A stretch of 64,000 nt of DNA, taken from positions 1 to 64,000 of the forward strand of contig CAXXSM010000053.1 in the NCBI GenBank assembly GCA_963663405.2, given 5' to 3'. The position numbers were made by a program, and so were the translations under genes. Below, piece by piece: positions 41,150-50,741 of this stretch. Source of the stretch: a bacterium (GTDB lineage: Bacteria; Hinthialibacterota; Hinthialibacteria; Hinthialibacterales; Hinthialibacteraceae). Below the pieces are notes generated by a model. The model worked only from the letters and a program-made list of their open reading frames with translations, did not search any database and was not told where the DNA came from. How positions within the stretch are numbered: the first letter of the stretch is position 1; the number at the start of each line of letters is the position of its first letter.

Positions 41150-42004
41150 ATGAAACTTGTACGCTTTGGGGATAAAGGGAATGAAAAGCCGGGTTTGCTG
41201 CTGGCCTCTGGGGAGATCGTGGACGCGTCGGCCTGCGCGCAGGATTATAATGAGGCGTTTTTCGCGGAAGATGGACTCAATAAACTGGCCGCTTGGTTGC
41301 AGGATAACGAATCCAGCGCGCCGCGTGTGCCGAAAGAAACCCGGCTGGGATCCGCAGTCGCGCGTCCAAGTAAAATCATCTGCATCGGCTTGAATTATTC
41401 CGACCACGCGAAAGAATCGGGACAGGATGTGCCTAGTGAACCCGTGATCTTCTCCAAAGCAAGCACTGCGCTGAACGGTCCCTTCGATGCGATTGAGATA
41501 CCGCGCAATTCGGTGAAAACCGATTGGGAAGTGGAATTGGCGTTTGTGATCGGGAAACGCGCGAAATATGTGGAAGAATCCGAAGCGCTATCCTACGTCG
41601 CAGGCTATGCTGTCATGAACGATGTCAGCGAGCGGGAATTTCAAGCGGAACGCTGCGGACAGTGGGTCAAAGGCAAGAGCCATGACACATTCGCTCCATT
41701 CGGCCCATATTTAGCCACCCCGGACGAGATCGCCGATCCGCAGAACCTTGCGATGAGCCTGGATGTCAACGGAGAACGAATGCAGACCGGAAACACAAGC
41801 ACTATGATCTTCAGCGTCAAAACACTCGTCGCGTATCTTTCCCAATTTATGACGCTCCTGCCCGGAGATATCATCAGCACAGGCACTCCGCCGGGCGTCG
41901 GTTTTGGTATGAATCCACCCCGCTATTTAAAACCCGGTGATGTTGTGGAACTTACAGTTGAAGGATTAGGCTCCCAGCGGCAAACGGTTGTGGCTGCATC
42001 TTAG
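41150..42004 (+). CDS. Fumarylacetoacetate hydrolase family protein (2,4-diketo-3-deoxy-L-fuconate hydrolase-like)
   Basis: MKLVRFG..G.EKPG, KIICIGLNYSDH, TDWEVELA, NDVSERE.Q, WVKGKS.DTF, PGDIISTGTPPGVG. Confidence 0.9.
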   Translation: MKLVRFGDKGNEKPGLLLASGEIVDASACAQDYNEAFFAEDGLNKLAAWLQDNESSAPRVPKETRLGSAVARPSKIICIGLNYSDHAKESGQDVPSEPVIFSKASTALNGPFDAIEIPRNSVKTDWEVELAFVIGKRAKYVEESEALSYVAGYAVMNDVSEREFQAERCGQWVKGKSHDTFAPFGPYLATPDEIADPQNLAMSLDVNGERMQTGNTSTMIFSVKTLVAYLSQFMTLLPGDIISTGTPPGVGFGMNPPRYLKPGDVVELTVEGLGSQRQTVVAAS

Positions 42005-42078
42005 AATATTTGTAATACTATCTTGTACATCTATATATGCGGTAATCTATGGATAAATAGAATTGCCTTTTTTAATAT

Positions 42079-42120
42079 AATCCTGAAAATCCTGTTAATC
42101 CTTCATATCCTGATTCAGAC
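42079..42120. repeat. Degenerate 9-bp tandem repeat (AATCCTG unit) ending in GATTCAGAC
   Basis: aatcctgaa aatcctgtt aatccttca tatcctgat tcagac. Confidence 0.6.
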
Positions 42121-42193
42121 AAAATAAATTTTCTTAACAAATGAATGTATTATTTATAGTATCTGTGAAATATCAATTATTCCCATATAGGAG

Positions 42194-44101
42194 ATGATCG
42201 TGCAATTTAAAATCAGAAACGCAATAATACTAACACTATTTCTTTATATCACTTCATCAGCAGGCGCGGCGGCGCCGCAGGAAGTCGCGCCAGGTGTCTT
42301 TTTCCGGTTGGCCGAAGGGGGGTGTAATGTTGGGTGGGTGATCTTTGATGAGTACGTTCTCGTCATAGATTCCAACTTTCCTCACTGCGCGGAAAAAGAT
42401 ATCGAAGCGATTCGTCAAACCACGGATAAACCGATCCGATTCGTGTTTGTAACCCATCATCATCTGGATCATGCATGGGGCAACGCGGTTTACGCCAATG
42501 AAGGCGCCGCCATTATCGCGCAGCGGGAATGCGCGGTAACGTTGAGAACCAAAGAAGCGGAAGAACAATTCAAGAATTGGGCGAAAGACCGTCCAAAATA
42601 CCTCGCTATGGGTCTGAAAACACCGGATATCATTTTCGATGATGAACTTGTGTTCGACGATGGTAAACGCCGTGTGGAATTACTGCACTTCGGGCATGGA
42701 CATACTAAAGGCGATTCCATCGCTTATCTCCCCCATGAAAAGATTGTATTTACCGGCGACCTCTGTGTGAATGGAGTATTCAATTATCTAGGTGAATCCA
42801 ATCCAGATAACTGGATACGCGTTCTCTCCGAAATGCAGGAATACGAGATCAAAACGGTCTGTCCGGGACATGGCCCACTTGCGGGGAAGGAATTGCTTGC
42901 AACACAGCAGCAATATTTTATTGAACTGCGAGATCAAATCCAACAAGCGGTCAATCAAGGAAAAACCCTCGAAGAGACGCGCGCGCTGGTTCAGATCCCT
43001 ATGTACAAAGAATGGACCGGGCAGGAACCCCGGCAAGCGAACATCGATTATATGTATCGCTTGAAAGCGGGATTGATAACGCCCTGGGAATTGGTGGAAG
43101 TTGGACTCTACGCGGGAGATTCTCCAACGAAGGATACGCCGGGATGGACGCCTCCAAAGAAAATGCTGACCCGCAGCCTGAATGCAGAGCAACTGGCCGC
43201 GATGCGGCTCGCCGCGCCTAATTTGGAATTCATCAATGTTCGTGATCAGGACGAGATGATGGAGCATATTGGCGAAGTGGACGCTGTGATGGGACCGATC
43301 TCGGAAGAATTGTTTGAAAAAGGGAAACAACTGCGCTGGGTTAATTCCACAACCGCGGGAGTGTCGGGCTATCTTTTCCCCGAGTTTGTCGAAAGCGAAA
43401 CGGTTCTGACGAATGGTCGAGGCGTCTGTGGCCCTCCGATCGGTGATCATATTTTGGGGTACATGCTCATGTTCTCCAAAGGACTGGCCGCGCAGCACGA
43501 ACGCAAACTCGAGGCGCGATGGGGGCAGGTCCGGGGAAAGCGAATCTTTGAACTGAGCGGGAAAACGCTCTTGATTTTAGGCTTCGGAGGTATCGGACAG
43601 GAGACCGCTAAACGCGCCCAGGCTTTTGGTATGCGGATTCTCGCCGTCGATCCGCAGTCTATTAAGAAACCCCATTACGTCTCCCGGATCGTCCCGCCGG
43701 ACGAGATGGAATCGCTGCTGCCCGAAGCGGATTTTGTCGCCTGTTGCGTCCCGCTCACGAAACAAACGGATCGTTATTTCGGGAAAAAACAGTTCGAATT
43801 GATGAAACCAACCGCGTATTTCATGAACGTTGGCCGTGGAAGAGTCGTAGACACGGACGCGCTCGTCGAAGCGCTGCGTTCAAAGACCATCGCGGGGGCG
43901 GCGGTGGATGTGACCGATCCAGAGCCTTTGCCATCGGATCATCCTTTATGGAAATTGGATAATGTACTCATTACGCCGCACATGTCTGGGCGGACGGAAG
44001 AACGTTATCACCTAGCCTGGCTCTTGTTGCTGGAAAATACGCGCCGTTTTGCGGCGGGAGAACCGCTGTTGAATGTTGTGAATAAAAAAGCGGGATATTA
44101 A
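42194..44101 (+). CDS. MBL-fold metallohydrolase fused to a D-2-hydroxyacid dehydrogenase
   Basis: THHHLDHAWGN, GHTKGD, FTGD, PGHG in the N-half; GFGGIG, NVGRG, DVTDPEP, ITPHMSG in the C-half; N-terminal signal-like segment. Confidence 0.85.
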   Translation: MIVQFKIRNAIILTLFLYITSSAGAAAPQEVAPGVFFRLAEGGCNVGWVIFDEYVLVIDSNFPHCAEKDIEAIRQTTDKPIRFVFVTHHHLDHAWGNAVYANEGAAIIAQRECAVTLRTKEAEEQFKNWAKDRPKYLAMGLKTPDIIFDDELVFDDGKRRVELLHFGHGHTKGDSIAYLPHEKIVFTGDLCVNGVFNYLGESNPDNWIRVLSEMQEYEIKTVCPGHGPLAGKELLATQQQYFIELRDQIQQAVNQGKTLEETRALVQIPMYKEWTGQEPRQANIDYMYRLKAGLITPWELVEVGLYAGDSPTKDTPGWTPPKKMLTRSLNAEQLAAMRLAAPNLEFINVRDQDEMMEHIGEVDAVMGPISEELFEKGKQLRWVNSTTAGVSGYLFPEFVESETVLTNGRGVCGPPIGDHILGYMLMFSKGLAAQHERKLEARWGQVRGKRIFELSGKTLLILGFGGIGQETAKRAQAFGMRILAVDPQSIKKPHYVSRIVPPDEMESLLPEADFVACCVPLTKQTDRYFGKKQFELMKPTAYFMNVGRGRVVDTDALVEALRSKTIAGAAVDVTDPEPLPSDHPLWKLDNVLITPHMSGRTEERYHLAWLLLLENTRRFAAGEPLLNVVNKKAGY

Positions 44102-44361
44102 TTTCTTTTCATACCAATCCGCGAAGTTCATCTCCCCATATTTTTATGTTAATCCGATTCACTACAACGGTTGCTTTGCATCTTCGAATCTGCAGTATCC
44201 TTCCTTTTTAATCTATCTGACTAATAACCATTGTTTAGAAAAACCATTCTGAATTTCTTCGATTTTCGTTTGTTTTTTATGGTAAAATGGCCGTCATGAT
44301 TCGAATTAGATTTATCAGCCAATGAATCCTAACGCTTGATTAAAGCGGAACGGAGGAAACC

Positions 44362-46221
44362 GTGATGAAATCCAGGACGCTCTTGAAACTTTATTCTTCG
44401 AAGTATGAATTGACAGTAATCCTGTTTCTATCATGGATATTGATCGTGGGGATTCCATCCGCGTCATCACAGGAAGGAACGGGCGGTGATCTTCTTCTCT
44501 ATGATGATGAATTGAGTGAGGGGTGGGATGATTGGTCGTGGGATACAGTAAATGATTTCTCGATCACAGATCCAGTGCAATCTGGCGATCGTTCGTTGTC
44601 CGTTACGTTTACCGCGGCCTGGGCCGGTTTGTATCTCCACACGAATACAGCGATTGATACGGGGGAGTATGAGACCCTGCGGTTTTGGATTCATGGTGGA
44701 ACGGCCGGCCGTCAATCGATTACGATTGTTTTTATCGGTGAAAATGAAGAGGAGGCCGGCGCGCGATACGATCTGATCCCATTGCCCGTAAACACATGGA
44801 TCGAAATGGCCGTTCCTCTACCCGCGTTGGAAGGCAATCTGGGCATTACAGGTTTGTTCTGGCATGATAGAACTGGCGGTCCCCAACCTGCGTTCTATCT
44901 CGATCGAATTACAGTGGAGAAAGCGAGTCAACCAGTTTCGCAACCCACTCCTACGCCCCAGATGCCTGTGGAGATAAAAACCAAGTGGGATCTGTGGTTG
45001 AATGGGACTCATTTGCGTGGAGCGAACGTTCATCAAAGGCGGATTTATCCAAGTTTGGATGGTCCAACGTATATGGGACCGGGACCAGCCGGCCCTCCTT
45101 TCACGCAAGAGGATTTCGATAAACTGGCGGCGTTGGGCGCGAATTATGTCAATATTTCCTATACCGGATTGTATACGGAAACTCCTCCTTATATCGTGGA
45201 TCCCGATCTGCGTGATGGATTGGATATCTTGCTCGAAATGATCGCTCACGCGGATATGTTCGCTGTGATCAGTATGCGGAGCGGTCCGGGCCGCAGTCAA
45301 TTCGCCATCTATTATTGGGAAGATCTGGATCGGAAATATTATAATGACTCAGTATGGCAGGATCGCGCGGCGCAGGACGCTTGGGTGGAGATGTGGCGGT
45401 ATATCGCGGAACGGTACCGCGATAATCCTATTGTCGTTGGTTACGATCTGATGGTTGAACCGAATTCGAATGACAATGGCAGCGATGTCTTTAGCGATCG
45501 GTTGGATATATGGGAGCCGGATGAGTTCTATTCCCAATACGGGGGAACATTATACGATTGGAATCAGCTCTATCCACGCATTACAGAGGCGATTCGTGAG
45601 GTGGACACGGAAACGCCGATCTTAATCGCCGGGAATTCATATAGTGGTGTCCGGTGGCTTCCGTATTTGCAACCAACCGGCGATCCCCGCACGGTCTATG
45701 CGGCGCATCAATACGAACCCCAATCACAATATACGCACATAGATTGGAATGATGAAGATTTTATGAATGTTACATACCCAGGCTTAATCGATTTGGATTG
45801 GGATGGAGAAAAAGAATTGTTTGACCGGGACTGGCTGGATCGTTTTTTAACGCCTTTGGATGCGTTTCAAACGGCGTACAACGTTCCTGTAGCGGTGAAT
45901 GAATATGGGATCGCGCGTTGGGTAAACAATGCGGCGGATTTCATCCGGGATGAAATGGAATTATTTGAGGAGCGGGGTTTGAATTACGCGTTGTGGGAAT
46001 GGCAGCCTTACTGGGAACCTCTCATTTCCAAAAATAGTGATTTTAATTTCCGGCATGGGCCCGATCCGGATAATCATACAGACGTGTTGGAAAATGAATT
46101 GTTGGATGCAATTGTCAGTTTTTGGGCGAAGAACACAATTCATCCCTCCATAATGCCTTCCCTTCCAATACCTACTCCCACACCGGTTTCCGTACGAATT
46201 AATGATTGGTTTTTGTATTGA
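44362..46221 (+). CDS. GH5-like glycoside hydrolase with N-terminal CBM-like domain, Pro/Thr linkers and C-terminal INDWFLY
   Basis: LYDDELSEGWDDWSW CBM-like module; GANYVNI, MWRYIAERYRDNP.VVGYDLMVEP, VYAAHQYEP, PVAVNEYG, YALWEW. Confidence 0.8.
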   Translation: MMKSRTLLKLYSSKYELTVILFLSWILIVGIPSASSQEGTGGDLLLYDDELSEGWDDWSWDTVNDFSITDPVQSGDRSLSVTFTAAWAGLYLHTNTAIDTGEYETLRFWIHGGTAGRQSITIVFIGENEEEAGARYDLIPLPVNTWIEMAVPLPALEGNLGITGLFWHDRTGGPQPAFYLDRITVEKASQPVSQPTPTPQMPVEIKTKWDLWLNGTHLRGANVHQRRIYPSLDGPTYMGPGPAGPPFTQEDFDKLAALGANYVNISYTGLYTETPPYIVDPDLRDGLDILLEMIAHADMFAVISMRSGPGRSQFAIYYWEDLDRKYYNDSVWQDRAAQDAWVEMWRYIAERYRDNPIVVGYDLMVEPNSNDNGSDVFSDRLDIWEPDEFYSQYGGTLYDWNQLYPRITEAIREVDTETPILIAGNSYSGVRWLPYLQPTGDPRTVYAAHQYEPQSQYTHIDWNDEDFMNVTYPGLIDLDWDGEKELFDRDWLDRFLTPLDAFQTAYNVPVAVNEYGIARWVNNAADFIRDEMELFEERGLNYALWEWQPYWEPLISKNSDFNFRHGPDPDNHTDVLENELLDAIVSFWAKNTIHPSIMPSLPIPTPTPVSVRINDWFLY

Positions 46222-46410
46222 CTTAGATGATACAAATGTTATGAATCCTACCTGCGATTCTTTTATTTATTTTTCGCTCAACCGAATGTAAGATTAGTTT
46301 TTTAATTTATAAAAAACTAAATTTATTATGTATTGATACGTTTCATGAATCGTTTTCTTTACGAATCGGTGGATTTTTTTACTGTGATTATCTATTGAGA
46401 GTCATGATGC

Positions 46411-46441
46411 TTGACATAGTACTAAAAATATGGTTTAAATA
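46411..46441 (+). promoter_or_regulatory. Candidate sigma70-type promoter
   Basis: Perfect TTGACA at 46411-46416 followed 17-19 nt later by an AT-rich TTTAAATA; AAGGAG RBS precedes ATG 46482. Confidence 0.35.
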
Positions 46442-46481
46442 CTAGTCTGGTAAAACGTGTGCGCCAAGGAGAACAGTTCGG

Positions 46482-46898
46482 ATGTTTAAAAAAGGTAATT
46501 TGTATCTGCTCCAGGATATAAATCGCCGAGTGGGGGGAACAAAAAGGGGTTTTTTAACACATGAAAACGGACGGGTTGTATGCGGACGTTTTTCGAAATA
46601 TGAACACCCTTTGGCTCCTGATGTGGTTTTTGTATGGGACGGCCGTCAAGATAAAGCGGATAACCGCCGGTCGAATTATTTTTGGGCGAAACAATTCTGT
46701 GAGCAAGACAATCCAATTCCCGTTTTTGTAAGGGTCAATACTTATGAATGGGAATACAAAGGGCTTTACCGAGTGGATCGAGCGGCCGAAGAGGAAGAGA
46801 CAATCCTTCGGTATAAAAAAAAGGCGGGACGAGAAATTCGAGATCTTGTCATGGTGCTTTTTTTGGAAGAGGTCGATGAGCCAGGAGGTTTTATTTGA
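46482..46898 (+). CDS. Small hypothetical protein, possible stand-alone PUA/SRA-like nucleic-acid-binding domain
   Basis: AAGGAG RBS; F.KG..Y...DI...VGG, GRVVCGRF....P.AP..V, PIPVFV....EWEYKGLYRV. Confidence 0.6.
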   Translation: MFKKGNLYLLQDINRRVGGTKRGFLTHENGRVVCGRFSKYEHPLAPDVVFVWDGRQDKADNRRSNYFWAKQFCEQDNPIPVFVRVNTYEWEYKGLYRVDRAAEEEETILRYKKKAGREIRDLVMVLFLEEVDEPGGFI

Positions 46899-46991
46899 AA
46901 ATGAGTTTCCGAGAGTTACTCGTTCGTGATTTCTATCGTAACTCATTTTCATCTGCAGGTTGTGTTTATCATGATAGTTTATATGTGCGAA
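46896..46991. repeat. Dispersed palindromic element, copy 1 (12-bp inverted repeat, 32-nt spacer, conserved tail)
   Basis: TGAAAATGAGTT (46896-46907) ... AACTCATTTTCA (46940-46951), then TCTGCAGGTTGTG...ATCATGATAGTTT; homologous to 58334-58431. Confidence 0.7.
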
Positions 46992-47215
46992 TAAATCGTT
47001 CTTAATTTTCTATTCTAATCGCATACTAACTATATTTTATTTGATTTTTTTGTTAGTTTATCGTTAGTATTTGGTTAGATGTATGTTAGATGTATGTTAT
47101 ATTTATGAATGATACTGTTCGCCATGAACTTATTTTTCTACTCTGGATAATGAAGTTGTTCATGCTTTTGTAAACTGAACTATCATTGGGTTGAATGCAG
47201 TTTTGGCATTGCTGT

Positions 47216-48553
47216 TTAAAGATTTGGTGAGACGATTTTGGGCAGCCAGAGGATGATGGATTCGGGTAGATATGTGATAATCAGCAGTGTAATAATCATG
47301 GCGGCGTAAAACGGCAGCATTGGCTTTACAAGTTTTGCAATCGTCGTGTCCCCGACGCCGCACCCTACAAACAACACTGTCCCGACTGGAGGTGTGCAAA
47401 GGCCAATACACAGATTGACTATCATAATCAATCCGAAATGGATGGGATTCATGTGCAGTGTTGTCACGGCGATTTGACTGAAGATCGGGGTGAAGATCAA
47501 CACCGCCGGGGTCATATCCATAAAGGTTCCGACAAAGAGAAGGATCGCATTGATGATGAGCAGCAGGATGGTTTTATTTTCCGTAAGACTCAACAGGCTG
47601 GCGCTCACCATCTGCGGCAATTCGAGCCGGACCATCAAGTTCCCCATCGCTTTGCTGGCTGCGATTAGGATAAAGATGAAAGCCGTCGTAACAGCGGTGG
47701 TTCGCAGGATTTGAGGGAGCTCGTTCCAACGGACCTGCTTATATACAATCACGGCGAGGAAGAACGAATAAAGAACCGCGGCGGCGCTGGCCTGTGTCGC
47801 GGTGAATACGCCACAGAGTATCCCGCCAAGAACGATTACCATGAGCAGCATACTCAACACGGCGCGCTGTAGGCGGTGGAATCCATCACGCCAATTGACT
47901 TTTCCTGTTGGTTTCACGCCTTTCCGGAACGCATGCATCGCGGCCACGATCATGAGTCCGATTCCGATAATCACACCGGGCAGAAATCCCCCCATAAACA
48001 TCGCGGCGACATCGACCGCCTGCCCTCCGGCGTCTCCCCAGGCGACGGCGTAAACGATCATGATGTTCGATGGGGGAATCACCAGACCGAGGGTCGCCGC
48101 CGAGAGCGTCAAGGCTGTGCTGAATTCGCGCTCGTATCCTCCCCGCCTCATTTCAGGAATGATGAAGGCGCCGATGGAACTCGTGGCCGCCGTCGCCGAA
48201 CCGGAGATGGCGCCGAACAACATGCAGGCCATCACATTCGCATAGCATAGCCCACCTGCGACACGTCCCACCAGCACGTCTGCGAAATCAATCAACCGCC
48301 GCGCGATGCCTCCCGCTCCCATCAGCAGTCCCGAAAGAACGAACATGGGAATCGCGAGTAGCGCGTACGAATCGACGCCATGCCACATATCCTTGGCGAT
48401 CTGCATAAACACAAGAAATGGACGGTCCGGCCAAAGGCAGAGATAGGACACCGCTGTGGAAATTCCAATGGCGAACGCGATTGGTATATTGTGCGCGATA
48501 AGAAGTATGAACGCCGCAATGAGGACTCCGGCGGCCAAGGTTTCTGGCGTCAT
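47216..48553 (-). CDS. dctM: TRAP transporter large permease
   Basis: LLAIPMFVLSG, FGAISGSATA, IPPSNIMIVY, GTFMDMTPAVLIFTPIF, IGLCTPPVG; start MTPETL overlaps the dctQ stop. Confidence 0.93.
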   Translation of the reverse strand: MTPETLAAGVLIAAFILLIAHNIPIAFAIGISTAVSYLCLWPDRPFLVFMQIAKDMWHGVDSYALLAIPMFVLSGLLMGAGGIARRLIDFADVLVGRVAGGLCYANVMACMLFGAISGSATAATSSIGAFIIPEMRRGGYEREFSTALTLSAATLGLVIPPSNIMIVYAVAWGDAGGQAVDVAAMFMGGFLPGVIIGIGLMIVAAMHAFRKGVKPTGKVNWRDGFHRLQRAVLSMLLMVIVLGGILCGVFTATQASAAAVLYSFFLAVIVYKQVRWNELPQILRTTAVTTAFIFILIAASKAMGNLMVRLELPQMVSASLLSLTENKTILLLIINAILLFVGTFMDMTPAVLIFTPIFSQIAVTTLHMNPIHFGLIMIVNLCIGLCTPPVGTVLFVGCGVGDTTIAKLVKPMLPFYAAMIITLLIITYLPESIILWLPKIVSPNL

Positions 48554-49197
48554 GAATCGTTCCGTTTCTTTTCCTCTTTCAATCCTCCCACCGGCTTTGG
48601 ATGGGCGATGTGGTATACGCAATACAATAGATTCAGCGCGCCCGTGAGTATCAACACAAGGTAAAACCATCCTCGATTCAGCATTTCAAAGCCGGGCATC
48701 TTCGAACCGTAGGAAAAGGCGCGTTCACATACAAGCCCGCCTCCTATGGTGAGAACAGTCAAAGAAAACAGACCAACGAACACGGTTGAGATGTAGTCGA
48801 GAATCAGCCGGATTTTTGGGGGATAGAGGCGAACCAGGGCGTCTACGCCCAGATGCGCCCGTTGGCGGAACGCGAGCGCGCTGCCGAGTATTCCGATCCA
48901 GACTAACAATGTTTGAGACGCGGTGTTGACCGGAGCGGACGCGTTCGCGACGGCGCTCAAGATCCATTCAAGGGTATGACGGAGGGGCGTTGAATGATCC
49001 GCTTCAGGAATTGATTCATTGGATATCCCATCGTCTATAAGTTGAAGCCAACCACTGACGAGAGGTTGAACGGCGGCGTTCAAGAGAATCTCAGTAGTAA
49101 TACTGCATACCATCGCCACGACAAGAATGATTAAAACGGTTGTCAAGATTCGATCGAGCCGATCGTAGAAACACTGCAAAATAGATTGCCTCCCCAA
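48550..49197 (-). CDS. dctQ: TRAP transporter small permease
   Basis: Four TMs; LLVWIGILGSALAFRQRAHLGVD; located between dctP and dctM. Confidence 0.85.
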   Translation of the reverse strand: MGRQSILQCFYDRLDRILTTVLIILVVAMVCSITTEILLNAAVQPLVSGWLQLIDDGISNESIPEADHSTPLRHTLEWILSAVANASAPVNTASQTLLVWIGILGSALAFRQRAHLGVDALVRLYPPKIRLILDYISTVFVGLFSLTVLTIGGGLVCERAFSYGSKMPGFEMLNRGWFYLVLILTGALNLLYCVYHIAHPKPVGGLKEEKKRNDS

Positions 49198-49229
49198 TTC
49201 AAAAAAACGACACAGTTTTTAAAATGTAT

Positions 49230-50216
49230 TCACTCCACCGCCCAAATCCGTTTAACATAATCCGCAATCGTTGTGCCTTCGAATGGCTCGTAGATCGACT
49301 CGGTCGCTTTCACGAATTCGTCCTTGTTGTCCAAATAAGTGAATGTAACGCCTTCCGCTTTCATTTTTTCAATCTGTTCGGCGTTCGCTTTTGTCCACAA
49401 TTCCCGTTGAAATTCCTGGGCCACCGCCGCGGATTCCATGATGATGGTTTGGTCTTCGGGAGTGAGTTGATTCCATCGTTTGGCGCTCATTAATAGGATG
49501 TCGGGAATACAAACGTGTTCGTCGAAGATATAATTCGGCGCGACTTTATAATGACGTTGTGTATAGTAACTGGGTATATTATTTTCCGCGCCTTGGACCA
49601 CGCCGGTGTCGAGGGCCGTGTACAATTCGGAAAAAGCGATCTGCTGGGGGGAGGCGCCAAGTGTTTCTACCAGTTTCTGCATCATCACGCTTTTTTGAAC
49701 GCGGATTTTCACTCCCCTCAAATCATTGGGCGTAACCACTTTTTTCTTGGTATAGAAGGATCGGGCGCCGGCGTCGAAATAGCAGATGCCTTTCAAGTTT
49801 TGATCGATCGCCATATCGAGCAGTTCTTGACCGATCTCTCCATTGAGGATTTTCCACATATGTTCTTCATTCCTAAACAGGTAGGGCAGGGAATAGACTT
49901 TCGCCAGTTCTGTTTTTGTTTCGAGTATCGTTGAGGAGATTTTCGTGAAGGCGTCGGTGTCGTTGGATACGTTGTCACAGAGTTCCTGCTCGTTGCCCAA
50001 TGTGCCGCCCGGTTGGATTTTGATAGTGAATCGGCCTTCACTGCGGCTTTCCACTTCCTCGGCGAATTTGACAAGCGCTTTGTGCACAGGATGATCCGTG
50101 TTGAGCACATGGGGCAGGCTGAATGTTTGTTTCCCTAAGACGGCGCCGTCTCCGCCTCCACAGGAGAGCGTGAAACCAAGCGCAATAAGAGTGAGTAAGG
50201 GATAGATAATATTCAA
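49230..50216 (-). CDS. dctP: TRAP transporter substrate-binding lipoprotein
   Basis: Lipobox TLSC; HPVHKAL..FAEEVE, SLPYLFR, GARSFY, DLRGVKIRVQ, ELYTALDTGVVQGAENN. Confidence 0.92.
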   Translation of the reverse strand: MNIIYPLLTLIALGFTLSCGGGDGAVLGKQTFSLPHVLNTDHPVHKALVKFAEEVESRSEGRFTIKIQPGGTLGNEQELCDNVSNDTDAFTKISSTILETKTELAKVYSLPYLFRNEEHMWKILNGEIGQELLDMAIDQNLKGICYFDAGARSFYTKKKVVTPNDLRGVKIRVQKSVMMQKLVETLGASPQQIAFSELYTALDTGVVQGAENNIPSYYTQRHYKVAPNYIFDEHVCIPDILLMSAKRWNQLTPEDQTIIMESAAVAQEFQRELWTKANAEQIEKMKAEGVTFTYLDNKDEFVKATESIYEPFEGTTIADYVKRIWAVE

Positions 50217-50280
50217 CTGTTTTTTTCATTGTTTATCTCGCTTCTTTTATATTCAATTAAAGAATCGTTTCCACTTCCCG

Positions 50281-50601
50281 TTAAAGAAAATCACCCCGTT
50301 GTGGTGTGAAGGCGTCGAAAATTTTTCCATCTTCCAACGCGACGACACCATGTGGAACGTTCGGGCCCGTATAATATGTATCCCCCGCTTTGACGATCTC
50401 CTTTTTACCATCGATTTCCAATTCGAAACTGCCCATGACAATATAACCGAGTTGTTCGTGCGGGTGGCTGTGGACGGCGCCGATGGCTCCCTTTTTGAAC
50501 GTGAATTCAACCGCCATCATGGCGCCCCCACGGGAAAGGATTTTCCGTTCCACGCCCGGCCCAACATTGACCGGCTCTGTAGATTCGTTATTTACAATCA
50601 T
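50281..50601 (-). CDS. kdgF: Cupin protein, KdgF-like
   Basis: GVERKIL...MMAVEFTFKKGAIGAVHSHPHEQ..Y...G.FE...HGVVALEDG...DAFTPQRGDFL; next to a TRAP system. Confidence 0.75.
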   Translation of the reverse strand: MIVNNESTEPVNVGPGVERKILSRGGAMMAVEFTFKKGAIGAVHSHPHEQLGYIVMGSFELEIDGKKEIVKAGDTYYTGPNVPHGVVALEDGKIFDAFTPQRGDFL

Positions 50602-50741
50602 CCAGATTTCCCCTTTATCTCCAGTATCAGCTCATTATTTCATTTGTTGTTGATTCATCTTATCCTTACTTGCTGTCAAAAGAAACGTATCCGGTCCAGG
50701 TGTTTCGTGGAGAGATTTTCTTTTTAACGAATATTTAATCC

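Noticed and set aside
44108-44135. TCATACCAAT motif resembling the end of a miniature element
   Set aside because: I found no matching inverted partner nearby.
46896-46951. Repeat-32 nt-repeat arrangement suggestive of CRISPR
   Set aside because: The arms are inverted, only 12 bp, not arrayed, the spacers are homologous between copies, and there are no cas genes.
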